64,000 nucleotides of DNA from Hormiphora californensis (lineage: Eukaryota; Animalia; Ctenophora): assembly GCA_020137815.1 (NCBI GenBank), contig CM035350.1, positions 4,092,001-4,156,000 of the forward strand, given 5' to 3'. Position 1 is the stretch's first letter, and each line of letters begins with the position of its first letter. Positions 41,201-55,600 of this stretch are shown piece after piece. A program made the position numbers and the translations under genes. Under the pieces are notes generated by a model that did not search any database, was not told where the DNA came from, and saw only the letters and a program-made list of their open reading frames with translations.

Positions 41201-42416
41201 GCTCTGTCTTTTCCCACAATAAAATCTCAGCCACCGAACGTTTCAAATTTTACTTGGCAACAGCTACCGAATTTTCCTGGAGCCCGTAATAAAAACCACA
41301 ACATCTCACGTCTTGTCCTTTCTCTAATCTGAAATATTACCCTTCCTCCCCACTTCTCATACTTTCTCTAACCCCTCCTCTCTAGATTCTAACCCCCTTC
41401 CTAGCTCCTCCTCTCTAGATTCTAACCCCTTCCTAGCTCATCCTCCTCTCTAGATTCTAACCCCCTTCCTAGCTCCTCCTCTCTAGATTCTAACCCCCTT
41501 CCTAGCTCCTCCCCTCTACATTCTAACCCCCTTCCTAGCTCCCCCTCTCTAGATTCTAACCCCCTTCCTAGCTCCTCCTCTCTCTAGATTCTAACCACCT
41601 TCCTAGCTCCTCCTTTCTCTAGATTCTAACCCCCTTCCTAGCTCCTCCTCTCTAGATTCTAACCCTCTTCCTAGCTCCCTCTCTCTCGATTCTAACCCCC
41701 TTCCTAGCTCCTCCTCTAACTAGATTCTAACCCCCCTTCCTAGCTCCTCCTCTCTCTAGATTCTAACCCCCTTCCTAGCTCCTCCTCTCTCTAGATCCTA
41801 ACCCCCTTCCTAGCTCCTCCTCTCTAGATTCTAACCCCCTTCCTAGCTGATCCTCTCACCACAGATCCTGAAACACGTTGAGGAACGGTTAGAGCTGGAG
41901 GATGATTTTAATGAAGACATGTTGGAACTAATTGGGTTGTTGGAATCCTTTGAGGTACTCATGGAGGTCCATGATACCGTCATTTCCCGGTCCTACTGTG
42001 AGAATGAGACTCTCCCTGGAACGGATAGGGAGCCCAGGGCAGTGGTTGGAGGCGTCGAGGAGGCAAAGGAGGGTCCCTACAGGATGGTTGGGCTCCACAA
42101 ACGACATGGTGAGTTAAGGGGGATATCCACATTGTGGGGGAGGGTGGGGGACTGAGGGTGGCTGTCCGGACATGTCCGCAGCAGCATGGGAAGAATTTGT
42201 CGTGATGATGAGAATGTGTTTATTGTTGCTATAGACGTGTCAAAAAGACACAAATCGTGCTCCAATCACAGCTTACCGTCTTATGTGTGAACCATTGCGG
42301 CATAAATATGTTGTTATTACAGAAGCAGTTAGATTGAGACAATTTTGTGTGCGTGGTACAGGTCACGTGACTGTCTATGTGTGTTTATTCACATTTCCGT
42401 GGTCTCTGAGCGTGCG

Positions 42417-42471
<55 letters not shown>

Positions 42472-42484
42472 GTTCTTTCTTTCT

Positions 42485-42533
<49 letters not shown>

Positions 42534-43812
42534 CCCAAAACTCTCACAGATTATGTGTGTTTTCCATCCTTCTGATGTTGTGTAGAGATTCACACGACAC
42601 CAGGCTGCTCCGTGTGTATGTGAATATTATGGGATCCTTCAGAATCTTCCCATGCCGATAGAACGAAGGAGAGAGGAGGGGGAGAAAATGAATTGTATGA
42701 AAAAATAGAGACAGGGTGTGAAATAGAGATTTGGTGCATTACGGAGAAACCAATGGCCACTCGAGTCTCGAGATAGCGTTGCACCTGTGCAAAAATAATC
42801 CCCCTCTCTCACACCCTATCTTTCTCACTGTCCTTATATCTCTCCTTTTCTTACTCATTCTATTCCTGGCCACCTTGATCATATTACTGAATACCAATAC
42901 ACCTAGCCACTCTACTAAGATATACCGTATCAAATTGGATCTTTCACGATGTATATCATATACCACGGGATATATTGATATCCAAGTTCGATAGAGAGTC
43001 CAGGATTGTTTAACTGAATTCCTGTATCCCCTAACAATCACTCCTTCCACTCAGGAGAATCACTGGGTATAACACTGAAGAAGGAGGGAGAGGAGGTAGT
43101 GGTTCACAGAATTCTTGCCGGTGGAATGATTGACCGACAGAAGCTCCTGCATATTGGAGATGTGATAGTCTCGATAAATGATCACGAGGTTAAACCCCAA
43201 CCTGATGTCATCCAGCAAATGTTACGAGGTAACTTAGGAAGCATTCGGAGCAATCATGATGCTTAGCGGTGGGGCTCACTTTTGTGTTTTGGTTTTGTTA
43301 CTTTTCTAGACGGCACGTGATGACCTAGGTTACAGTATGTTTGCTTGCTTGCATTCGAGAACAGCAGGGTGACACCCATTTCAACTAACACCCTCCACCT
43401 CTCAGAGCAACAGGGTGACACCCATTTCAACTAACACCCTCCACCTCTCAGAGCAACAGGGTGACATCCATTTAAAGATAATTCCGTCATACCGAGAACA
43501 GAGTGCTGTGTGCCAGGTGTTTGTTAAGGCACACTTCTCATACGATCCCAACACAGATGACCTAATGCCTTGCAAGTGAGTTCTTCTTCTGTTTGATATG
43601 CCATGACATTATATCATGTACACCATAATATGGAAATATTTCTCCGCCCTTTTTGTGTAGTATCATTACCTCACCACATAAAATAGATCACATTTTTTCC
43701 AAATAATTGAGCACCTCTGTCTCTTTCACCCTGTCTCTAACGGTCCCGCAGACAAAATTCCATTCTCTCTATCTCTCACTTCTCTCTATCTCTCTCTCAC
43801 TCTCTCTCTCTC

Positions 43813-43866
<54 letters not shown>

Positions 43867-44075
43867 TTATGATATCACATACCAGGTGCATACCTGGAAT
43901 GTTATCATGACATAATGCCTAACTCATGACCTGGTCCTCTCTATCTCGTTAACTTTATCTCTCTTACGCCCTATGTCACTAACGGTTAATTTGTTCCCCC
44001 AGGGATGCAGGGTTAAAGTTTAATGAGGGAGACATCCTTCAGATAGTTAACCAGGACGACCCTAACTGGTGGCAG

Positions 44076-44111
<36 letters not shown>

Positions 44112-45529
44112 AAGAGAGATAGAGAGACATTCAATATTTGAAAACTCTAACAAGCTCGCCTAGTGCCGCGTTCATTAACTCCACATCTTTAGTCTCTAAC
44201 CTTCCCTAACCCGTCTAAGCCATTCCTTCGTATTCTACGAATTTATCTTAGATTCCCCTGCTCTAACTATCCATGATATATTTCTATCTTGACCGTTCTC
44301 CTTACATAGCATAACTACCTCTCTCTAGCTATCTCATCTGCGTCACAACCCACATCTAATCCTTTATTCCGACCTCAACTTCTTCACGATTATTATATAT
44401 TGGGTGCGCTGCTACAGTTATCGTGCAGGACTCAATAATGTACCTTCCCCGATATTATTCCCTTTCTTAATCCCGTTGTGTTTCTCTATCCTCTCACTCA
44501 CCTCAACTTCATTTTATTTTTCATTAGATATCACACACAGACCCCATTGCATAATGCATAAGATATCTAAAAATAACCCGCATCTCTCTAAATCTATCTA
44601 CCTCTTTAGGCTAAATTGGAGGGCGGTGAGGGCCAGGCCGGTCTTATCCCGGGGCTTATCCTCCAAGAACAGCGGATGGCCACAATCGACAAGAAGGGAA
44701 CAACCGCGGGAGTGGGATGCGGGGGGACAAAAAAACGGAAAAACAAGAAAATGAGCTATTCATCGACGAAAAACTCTGATTTTGATAAGTTTGAGTTGAA
44801 TCTCTACGAGGAGGTTACAAAGATGCCTCCTTTCAACAGGAAGACTTTAGTGCTCATCGGGGCTCAGGGTGTTGGAAGGAGGAGTTTAATCACTAAACTT
44901 GTCCTGAACCAACCTGACAAGTTCGGGAATACTATGCCCCGTAAGTTTAACTTTCTAGTTTCCGCAATATTACTGATTACCGAATATAGTTTTGATCAAA
45001 AGAATTTTGTGGCTAGAACGAATCCCAATTCACTGTAGTTAACACCCGCTCAACTCCTTTCTAGATACGTCACGGCCCATGCGGGATGGTGAGAGGGATG
45101 GTGGTGGGTACTGGTTTGCATCTCGACAAAAGATGAATGAGGACATTGCCAATCACAAATACCTTGAGTATGGAGAGTATGAGGGTCATCTTTACGGGAC
45201 GAAACTGGATTCCATCCGACAAGTAATGAGGTATTGTTTCCTAAACTACTGTTATTGATGATACTGTACCCTCTCTCGACCTAAGATAGAACTTTTTGCA
45301 GCCATATCCAATACAATAATTTTCTCTATTCAGATCAGGAAAGATGTGTCTGTTGGATGTCAACCCACAATCTCTGAAAGTCCTCAAAACATCTGAATTT
45401 GTGCCCTATGTGGTCTTTATAGAGGCTCCAGATTTTGATACCCTGCTTGGTATGCACAAGGAGAGTGCCCGTGACAACCCCAACAAGGCATTCTCGGTAC
45501 GTGGAGAGATAGAGGAGAGAGAAGGAGAT

Positions 45530-45570
<41 letters not shown>

Positions 45571-46094
45571 TGAGTAGGATGATAGTTGAGCCGTGATGAC
45601 AGATACCACTGCATGCACTCCAGAATTAGATTCTTATCACACGATTCAGCTCAGCAAAATATCAACGGTTGCTTTCATCTGGCACGAAGCACTTGAACAC
45701 TCTTTAATTTCTCACTCTTTAATTTCTCACTCCTTACTCGCTCCTCTCTCATGTTGTTCTCTTCTTCGTTCACACTTGTCACATCATCAAGACGCCGCCA
45801 AGCAATCCCTCCCAATATAATTCTCAGCTAATATATGAATTCCCCCAACTCTCACAGTCTTATACGATGCACCCTAACCTTTCATCACCTCTCTCTCCCC
45901 AGGAATCTGATCTGCGGAAATCAATAGAAGAGTCAAAACGCCTGAAACGCCAGTATTCCCACTACTTCGATGTTATCATTCAAAACAAAGACATGGACGT
46001 GACATATACAAAACTGTATGAGTGTATTAGTCGGATGGAGACTAGTCCTCAGTGGGTGCCTGTCTCTTGGGTGATAACCTCCCGAGACAATTAG
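38265..46094 (+). CDS. MAGUK p55 subfamily (MPP2/MPP6-like; L27-PDZ-SH3-GuK) with a ~700-aa Ser/Pro-rich N-terminal exon
   Basis: Approximate exons: 38265-40360; 40492-40572, 40858-40971 and 41864-42108 (L27); 43055-43228 (PDZ: LGITLK...[18 protein letters not shown]); 43452-43576 and 44003-44075 (SH3); 44610-44940, 45065-45230, 45334-45496 and 45903-46094 (GuK: [46 protein letters not shown]). Confidence 0.9.
41365..41847 (+). repeat. Intronic minisatellite, ~32-bp unit, about 14-15 copies
   Basis: Unit of about CTCCTCTCTAGATTCTAACCCCCTTCCTAG, lying just upstream of the MAGUK acceptor at 41862-41863. Confidence 0.92.
43359..43472 (+). repeat. 46-bp tandem duplication spanning a MAGUK splice acceptor
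   Basis: CAGGGTGACACCCATTTCAACTAACACCCTCCACCTCTCAG occurs twice and a third partial copy is the real exon start. AG acceptors end at 43405 and 43451. Confidence 0.88.
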
Positions 46095-46687
46095 GTGAAA
46101 TCTTTATTGTGTGTATGAACTGTTATATCACACTGTTTTATGGAAAAGAGAGATAGAGAGTCATGATATATAGAGCAAAAACACTGTAAAAACTTTTTAT
46201 AAGAAGACTGTGCTATATAATATATCGTGTATAATATCACCCTGTTAAAGACTGATAAACCCTTTTAAACCATGTGGGATTGTGTGTGTGAGAGAGAGAA
46301 GAGAGACTATGTGAGGGATAGTGACGATATATCAACTTGTTTTAGGGTATACCCCTTCTCTTGACATACTACTATCAGTGCCTCCAACCTGAGGATTTAT
46401 TTCTCAAGTGTGTATGTACATTTTGTTTATGCGTATATGTTTGTATGTATGTGTGTGTGTAGTGTCATAGATGTGCAAAGGACAGTGTGTGTATTGACCC
46501 TTGAAGTCTGAAGACAATGATTTGCTGATTATGGACAGCACCTGAAATCCTTTGAACCCCGTTTGAAAAGATACTATTTTGTTCTATAAAATACATGTTT
46601 TTAGGGTCTTGAGAGTTGTAAAACTGTAGTGAGACTGAGAGGAGGTGGATTTGGTTTCTAAAAAGTATCGATTCTGTTTTTTTTTCA

Positions 46688-46715
46688 CTAGTAAGCCCGC
46701 TCGCCCTACGGGCGA
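46688..46715 (-). mobile_element. Helitron-like 3' terminus
   Basis: On the minus strand a GC-rich hairpin TCGCCC-GTA-GGGCGA is followed 9 nt later by CTAG and then T. The 5' end was not located. Confidence 0.5.
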
Positions 46716-48037
46716 ATGTCGGGGATGGTCAATGCATTGCAATGGTCATACAGTAAACTAAGCAAATAGTGTAGTATCATTTGAAATTTTTAAAATCAGT
46801 AAATTTATCAGGTAAATTAACCACAGCGATTCTTTCGACAGAAAAACCACGGGTCCTCTTTTGCCAGGTCCTGAAGTATTTTATGAAGGAGCACATTTGT
46901 AAAATACTTTCACGTATTACTGCCATTTCTTATTAGTGCCATTGATACTTTGTTATTACGTGTGTTGACAACATTTTTTGAATAATAATCACCTCTTTTG
47001 TAGGATTCTATCACGTAGTCTATAGGCGTCAGCGCCAGTTTGGGACATATGGCTCCTCCAAACTCGCTGGCGATTGTGTTGAAGTTGAGTAGTCATGTTC
47101 ACGAAACGTGGTGAACAGGGGGTAAACAGATCAAATCGAGCAAACGATCAATCACACAACCGGCAGAGAGATGAATCAAGGATGCACGTGCAGTTTAAGG
47201 CTCAAGCTGGCAGGTTGCCAGGGTCCCTCTAGGGACAACACGTGCAAAAGGCCATTTCCAGGAATTTTGTGCCATATTTGGTAAAAATACCATCACCCAT
47301 CATTTCCCTATTTGCTTTAATAATAGTATGATTTATACATTGCATGCGATCTTTACGGTAATTTTTGTGTGTACGTTTGCCATTTTCATCTCTCATCTTC
47401 AGCGTCCCTCAAGATTTGGATGAGTGTTGGTTGTGAGTGTCGTGTACGTATGTTTTCGTTCTTGTTTTCACAAGAAAAAGAGAGACCATCATTGGCTGAT
47501 CTTTTTGTTGTTTTATTTTGCTGGTTTTTGTTATCGTGAGAGATAAATCAATATATTCAAATACTGATTTGAAAACACAAAAGATTCCGAGTTTCCATTT
47601 TACCCAATTCAAAATATTCAAATCCCCGCAGATTCTGCTCCTACACTTGACCAACAATTCTGAAATCAGCCAGTGCGCGCAGTGTCGTGCGCGTGTAGCT
47701 GAAATGATGCACTTTCATTATACTCAGTGAACTGTCGCGCATGTCGCCATAGCAACGGAGAAGAGCTCTAGGCAATAAACAAACCGCTCTTGCTATAGCA
47801 GCTCTTACATGCACATTACACGCACTGGCTGATGGCTACAATGGATAGGCATTTTCTTTTTTAAAAGCGATCGATCTTTACTTTCAACAGACGTATGTAC
47901 AAAACAAAAGTGGGTAAAATCTCAGTTCTCATCGAGGCCTCGATCCCACTGAATTCAGGTACGGTTTTTATTTACAATTACTCGTACCGGCGTGTAACAA
48001 AATTATTGAACTTCACTACTCTCTTTAGTGTCTTAGT

Positions 48038-51000
48038 TTAGGCTTTCTGAGCTTGTTTTAGGTTGAATCCACCGCCAGTGAATCGGTTGAGTGAATCCTG
48101 TCGCTGGGATGAAATCAGAGGAGGAATCATTCCACCAGTTCATGTGCCGCTCTCGCTCCCTGAAACGTCAACAGTTAGGATTTTGTTCCATAAAAAAGAT
48201 ATGTAACAGGAATTAAAACTGTCGAAAAATGTCACAAAAAGCTTACTTCAGGTTTCGTTCCTTCCTCTTCTGCATGTAGTACTTGTTCTTGGCGTCGTGG
48301 AGTTCCCGGACTAGAGTCTCAATTTCATAACGGTACTCAGAGTTCTGGGCCTCGCACATGTTCAGTTCTGACGTCATAGCCTGGAGGAGAGAAAAGTTGT
48401 GAGCAAATGATTTGAAACTCAAAGAGTCACAAATTGAGTTGAAACACACAGTACACTCATCAAAATATCACACCTTCATCTGTTTGGTCTTCTCCTTGAG
48501 ACTCTGCTGGTAAATCTGGAGTTGCTTCAGCGACTTCAGGACCGGGCTGCCTGGCCAGAATTTGCTTCAGGTCAATGTATAGCTTCTCTTTCTCCTGTAT
48601 AGACATCTCCTTGGCAACAACCTGGGTGAAGAGAGAGAGAGAGATAGAGAGAGAGATAGAAAGAAAAAGAGAGGATGGGCTAAGGATGGATATTGAAGGG
48701 GCAGGTGAGAACAAAGACAAATTTCGTGGTATATTATTTCTGGACTTACCTCCTCAGTCTTGCTAATGAGTCTTCTTTGGAGAGTTTGGATTTTCTGGAT
48801 CATCTCATACGTTGAGGGGTCACTTCCCTCCAGTTTCCTCCACCGATGAATGTTCATTGGGTTTTCCAGTTCCTCCTCCAAAGCCTTGCACCTTGTCCTC
48901 TCCCTCAGCAGCTCTCTCTGTACATGGAACAGCTCTCGCCTGTGGAGTGTAATGAAAATCAAGGAATCAATTCAATCAAATCACCATCAATATTTAACGT
49001 AACAAAAATCTCAACTAACCTCAGCTCATCCACATTAGAAACACTCTTCAGCAAGATGTTCTTCTCCCTTCTCAGCCTCTTGACCTCCAACTTTAGAAGC
49101 CTGATGTCTTCCAGCCTCTGTCGGTACTGGATCTCACCCTTGTTCAGGGTACTCTGTTGGATCTTGATCTTCTCGTACAGCAGGGCCAGTTCATCGTTCC
49201 TCCTAATGAGTTGTGTTCCCAGGATATCTCTCTCGTTAATGACCTGATCCAACTCTTTCTTCTGCCTCAGTCTCTCTGCATCTGCTGACATGATTATCTT
49301 GTGCTGTTTCCCATTTTCAGCCTCCAACTCGCCACACCGCTGTCTCATGTGCTCCACCTCCTGTCTCATTCGGGCAAGTTCCGCCTTCAGCTGTTCCTTG
49401 TGTTTCTCAACGTCCTGGTGGTCCAATCGCTCCTTCAGAAGAGCAGAGTCCTTTGCAGAAATCTCCTCCTTGAGCTGATCAATCTGGTGATTCATTATCT
49501 TCAACTTGCGTTTCATTTCCTGAATTTCATCCTGTGACTCGATCAGGTTCTTGCTATACAAGTTTCTGTCACTCCTCACAGCTTCATAGAGGTTCTGTTG
49601 TTGTTTCAACTTGGTCTCTGCCTCGGCAATCTTCTTCTTGTAGTCGAAAATTTGCATCTCCCTAATCTTCACTTCTTCCATGGCACCCAGGCAGTTTTGT
49701 GTCATCTCGGATGCCTCGTTGATATACCGATCTCTTTCCTTTTCCAGCTGGTAAATCAGTTTCCTCTGTTTCTGGGCTTCATCCTTGTAATTCTGGATCT
49801 CCTGCTCTAGATTCTTCTTGCTCTGTTCATGCAATTTAACAATGTCCTGCTGCTTAGTTGTATCGGCTGTGGTTTTTAGCATTTTCTTGTTCAGCAGCTC
49901 CTTCTCTCGGGTCAACTCATCTATCTTCTTCCGGTCAATCTCGGCATTCTTTTTCATTGCCTCCAGCTCTGAAATAGGGAATGAAAAAGTCACGATAAAA
50001 GAAACACTGTTCCACACTAACAAACACTAAATACCTGCAATTAAATATCCTTTTTCAACTTACCCCGCTCAAGCCCGATGATGTTTGACTTCAGAGTTTC
50101 CTTATCCTGTTCTACCTCAGCTTTGTGGTCCTCAACACCCCTTAGTTTCCTCTGAATTGTTTCCCGGAGTTTGGCAAGTTTCATGTTCTCCTGTCGCAGA
50201 GAGCTAATTTCCTCTTCCTTCAATTTCAATTCTGATCCCTTCTCATGGTTCTCGTTTGTGAGAATGTTCACTTGAATCATCTGCTGCTCATTCTCTTGCT
50301 GAGTCTTCAGAATCCGCCCGTTCAGCAGGTCATTGTCTTTTGTGGCCCGCTCGTTGGTAAGTTTTCTGCTCCTTTAGGTTTGACTCGAGCTTGGAGCACT
50401 CCTCTTGGAGCTTCTGTAGAGTAGACTGTTTGTTCTTTATCTCAACATTTTTACTCTCCAACTCAAGTCGAGAAGACTTTAGCTCTCGGTCGAGTTTGTC
50501 TCGCTTCCTGCCCTCTCGTTGAGCTTCGTGACTGCGAACGTTAATATCTTCTTTCAATTCGTTTATTTTGATATCAGCTTCCCGTTTCTCTGCCTCTGCG
50601 TTCGCCTGTAATAATAAGTTTGGGGTAATGAATAATCGGGATGGATTCTTAAAAATAAGAGTCGAAAAGTGTATGATAAACAGACATGCTGAGAAAGGAG
50701 GGTATCAAACCTGCTTCGTAGCAGCTTCCACTAGGCTCTGTCTTAGCTCCACAATCTCAGTCAGTTTCTCATCCCTGTCCTTAGTGAGCTCCTCTTTTAA
50801 TCTTCAACAGCTCGTTGACACTGTGCTCCTGACCCATCGTCAGACCAGGCACCCTGTTCAACCAGCTTACTCAGGTTGGCAATCTCTAACTTGAGGGACT
50901 GAATTGTTCTCTCGAGCTCGTGCCTCCTTCTCTGCAGCAGGCATCCACCATCTTCCATGCTTTTTCAATCTCCTATTAAAGAGGTGTGTCAATTAGAGCA

Positions 51001-51965
51001 AGCAAGTTTGAGTCTGAGTGACTCAAATTAAGTCTGAGAATTGAGATAGTTCTGAACAAATAAGCGTGTGACGAAATTTTACCTTTTTAAGGGAGGCGAT
51101 AGTTCCTTGATCTTCCTGGGATAGCTTGAGAGCAGTTGAAACTTTAGCAGCATTCGCCACAATCTCAGCATTCAGTTCACGACATTTGTGCGTCAACCTT
51201 TTCTCTCCTTCGTAACTTTTCTTCAAAGCCTTGTGTAGCTTTTCATACTCGACTCGAAACCTTTCCAGGGACTTATCTCCCATGAGCTCCCCAAGAACCT
51301 GAAAACATGGCGTTGAATAGTTGGGTGTTTCAATTATTACTCATTTAAGTCATTTATTCGCTCCCGATTTGAGTAAAGACTAAAGCACAAAACGGAAATT
51401 GCTATAAATTGCTAGAAGGAAGTACTAACCTCTTGGAAATCCCGCTCGAGAGCATCGAAAGCATTTTCCTCGATTGCCGGTTTATCTGCTTTCTGCTGAC
51501 TCTAAAATGATAGAAGTAAGGAATATTGTCTAATATGAAACCATTTAATCTAACTATATCTAATGCAAATTTGCACGGAAATGTGACACCCTATCGTCAA
51601 TGTGACGACGTGATCCGTCAATGTGACGACGTGATCCGTCAGTGTGACGACATGATCCGTCAGTGTGACGACGTGATTCGTAGGTATCACGTATCACACG
51701 TGTTGAGAACTGCTTGCGACTTGAGGGGTCACATCACATGTATAAAAGGGAGAGAAAGAGAGAAAAAGAGAGGGATCAAATCACATAGCATATAGCAGAC
51801 AGGCAGAGAGAAAAACATAGAAACAGACCCCTCGATTTGCGATCGGTACGATCGCCCCAGTTTTGCTAGTCTCTGTAATGCACCGACTAAACATATTCAT
51901 TTCAAAGCAAGATTTGTTACGTACCGAAACGTTAAGATCACTCATCCTATTCTTCTGGATACCAT
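48038..51965 (-). CDS. CFAP58: Cilia- and flagella-associated protein 58 (coiled-coil), multi-exon, several probable sequencing indels
   Basis: EENAFDALERDFQE, GDKSLERFRVEYEKLH...KCRELNAEIV, QQQNLYEAVRSDRNLYSKNLIE, ERDILGTQLIRRNDELALLYEKIKIQQS, ELENPMNIHRWRKLEGSDP, ARQPGPEVAE and RFTGGGFNL. The ATG is tentatively in a micro-exon (ATG|GT at 51965-51963). Confidence 0.93.
51596..51680. repeat. 21-bp tandem repeat, 4 copies
   Basis: CGTCARTGTGACGACRTGATY repeated in the putative first CFAP58 intron. Confidence 0.85.
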
Positions 51966-52670
51966 AAAAACACCTTGATAATGAAATATGGTGAGTATGA
52001 TAAATATAGCTTCCAACATTAATCAGTGTGCAATTTTTCCTGTTTTTGGCATTTGCCCGATTTCACATCTAACCCATGTGTTTAATTTAATTCAATAAAT
52101 AAGATTATTATTATTATTATTATTAAATCTTGTATACAAAATACATAACGCTTCTTTCTTGTAAGCTATACGGAATTAACTACTGAGAAGATTCACTGCT
52201 GATTAGATTCTATGCTCTTGATTTCTCTAAACTTAGTGATAAGTATATATATATATATGTATTATATTATATTAGTGCTGTAGTAATATAATAGTTGTAA
52301 CAGATAATGATTAATACAGTTAATAAATTAAGTAATGTAATAAGTTAATTAATTAATGTAATAAGTTAATAAGATAACAATAGTAATAATGGTTAATTAA
52401 GCTATGTAATGTAGTAGAGAAAAGCTACATTACTAGGCTATAGTAAAAATAGTGAAAAAGATTATTTTCACGGAATCACACGTAATTCAAATTTTAAGAC
52501 GAATATTTAAGATAAGTAGAAAACTTAAGACTAATTTAGGACTAATTTAAGACTTAATTAAGACTAATTCAAGACTAATTTAAGAATATTTAGAGACTAA
52601 TTTATGACAATGAAGCTTGGATAACTAATTTACCTACTAAATAAAGTATAAACTTACGATAGCTGCTACG

Positions 52671-55600
52671 TTACGTCAATAGATTATCATCAAATGTAGA
52701 ATTCTCTAATATATGTGCTACTAGCATTCTGAACTTGCGTTTCACGTTTTTGTCTTGACAAAATATTAAGGGGATACGGTAGTTTAATTCGTAGATGGCT
52801 AAAGAACTGAGCTCCTGTCTTAGAGCAGACACTGCCCCTGCAGATACACATTCAAATAGTTTGTGGTAAGATGAGTCGGGCAACAACCCACACTCTAGGC
52901 ATGTCGGAACGGACACCGTGCTGTCATGCTGCAGATACCGGAACGCAAAGTTCTGAAAACGTAGATTATGACCGTGAGTGAAGTCGATAATCGCCGTAGA
53001 TTCTCCTCTACTGAGAGCTCGATGGAGAAGAGGGGTGAGAACAACTTCCCTTGTGTTGACCAGTCTTCTCAAGTCCTCCACCGTGTGACTAGGTTCCAGC
53101 GTATATTCATCGGTTTTGAAAAGGTGTTCCATTTGTTGTTTGACGGTATCATCCCACAGTTTGTATCCGTAGTCGTCTATTTCTCCTTTGGTGTACAATA
53201 GCTGATCTCGCTCATAGTTTATCAAGTCACATCTTCTGAGAAAGCTCCTTCTTCTCGTAGCTGCCGGAACATTAGCATCTGTACTCTCCTGATCCTGGTC
53301 CTCCACCCATCGGAGATAGCATTTGGTCATGGTTAGATGATGTGCGAACTTATGGTACGGTTCCGAGTCAATTTGTAGAAGTTTGGCACTGATGCTATCC
53401 TCAGCTAGCAACCCTTTCAGCACAAATTTGATCGTCAGAATCCTCAAGGTGACTGCAAGAGGTGGTACTGTTGTGAGAAGGTCTCCTATCATGTTTGGGA
53501 CATGAAACTGACTTCCCAGGATTTTCAGCTTGGCTCGAGCCATGAGGTCTTTAAAGCTTGATATCCGGTCTTCCAGCCAGAGAGGGGCCGCGTATAGTAG
53601 CTTCGTAAGCACCACTGTTTTGAAAAGTAAAGCCAACGAAGTACTATTCAGTCCATCCGTTCTAGTTGTGGATGTCGAGAGTCTACTCCATGCAAACCAG
53701 CATTTCTTTAAGGTAAAGGACGCATGTTGTTGAAAGTTCAGGTCTTTGTCTAGGTAAACGCCCAAAACCTTGCTGGAATCTGCATATAAAATTTCTTCAT
53801 TGCCGAGGTAGAATTTTGGAAGTACTGTCGGTGGTTCTGATCTTTTAGGACGTACAACAAGGATTTCAGTCTTGTCTTTTCCACAGTTCACCACCAGCCG
53901 CCAAGTCCTACACCATTCGTGGATGTATTGTAGTACTCTTTGCATAGATGATTCACATTCTTTGTCTGTACCAGTGATAACTACAGTTCCATCGTCTGCA
54001 AATTTGAATGTTTCAGTGTGGTGACGAATCTCAGTTGGTAAGTTTCTCGTAGTCAGAAGATCTCCGATGTAAAGGATAAATAGGAGAGGCGAAAGTACTG
54101 CTCCTTGTGGTAATCCTGTGGTTCCACAGATTCTGGCTCGTCCCACCTTTCCGTTTATCTTCAAACTGACCAATCGGTTGCTAAGCATAGAATGGAGTAA
54201 CTTCAGGATTCTGCCATGTACTCCTAAGCGATGGATTTTGTAGATGAGGAGAGGAATCGGCACACTGTCAAAGGCCTTCTCGAAATCTATCAGCAAAAGA
54301 TAGGCGGTTGCCTTTCTCCTACGGTTTTCATGTAGAGTTGCCAGCATTCGGTATAGATATCGAGTACAGCTCCGGTTTGGTAGAAATCCTTCCTGTTCAT
54401 CTTCGAGCAACGTTTCGCTATAGCAATGGTCCCTCATTCTTCGGTCTAACACCCTCTCAAAAAGTTTACCGATGTACATACTGATGGTGATAGGGCGGAA
54501 AGACCCCGGTTTGAGATATGAGCTCTTTCCTGCTTTCTTGATGAAGGAAACCGTTGATGCTCTCCAGGGCCATACTGAACACTTCAAACACAAATCGAAT
54601 AACTCGGCTAGAAAGTTTACTGCCCGACCTCCCATATGTTTCAGAGTTCTCGGGAGAACCCCATCTCCATCCGCTGCCTTTCCACTCCAATCCTGTGCTG
54701 AGATCGCCTGTTCCACTTCTCTTCGTTCCACTTTGCTATTCAGTAGGTTCTCCTCTCCAGGTTCCTCGTCCGTTAAATCCACTGACATGATGTCCTCCAC
54801 TTGCCTGCATATCCGCCTGTACTCCTCTTCATCGAAGTCCCTGTTCTTGAGGTGTTCCCCTTCGAAGTACGTCCTAAACAGTATATCTTCTTTTTCTGAT
54901 TGACTGTGTTTCAGGGTGCCTTCAAAATCCAAACACCCTATGAAATTTTCCTCTTGGGCCAAGAACAATCCTCTGTAGCGCTTCCAGAAAAGATTACTGT
55001 CGTGCACATTTAAGGCCAGAGGGGGGGGTCCGAGGGTCAAAAAATGCACTTTTCTGAGGTTTACATATGTGATGTAACTCGGAGGTAGGAAAGTTTTGGA
55101 TAGGGTAGCTGCGCACCAAGTGTATCAGGAGGCCCTGTTTTTTGAGGTTAACTTTTCGCCCAAAATGAATGTAAACCTCAAAAAAGCGTGTATTTATGTC
55201 ACCTACACAGATCAAAATGGTACCAATCGATAGATCTTAACAAGGAGACCAAGTATTCAAAGTTTCAGAGGTCTAAGTCATATAGTTGTTCAGAAATTTG
55301 AGGTTAACATATCTCCCAAAAAACAACCTTTTGTTGGATAACTTTAGGTCCACAATTTCACTTTCTGCACCACTTCCTGAAGAGACGGCTAGGACCTGGG
55401 CCTTGAAACTTGGCAGTTATGATCCTGAGATGGTGAACTAAAAATCTGGTGTAGCGATTTTTGATTTAGGTCCTAGTTCCTGAAATATTGAGGTTAACAT
55501 TTTAAAAAGCTTGGTTTTTGAAACGTTAACCTCAATATTTCAGGAACTAGGGCCTAAATCAAAAATCGCTACACCAGATTTTTAGTTCACCATCTCAGGA

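Noticed and set aside
41365-41847. CRISPR-like array (also considered for 8690-8973 and 51596-51680)
   Set aside because: There are no unique spacers and no cas genes, and the context is a eukaryotic intron. These are tandem repeats.
48038-50970. CFAP58 as a pseudogene because of frameshifts near 48140, 48520, 50330 and 50760-50960
   Set aside because: Protein conservation and splice sites are otherwise excellent, and scattered single-base indels fit consensus errors.
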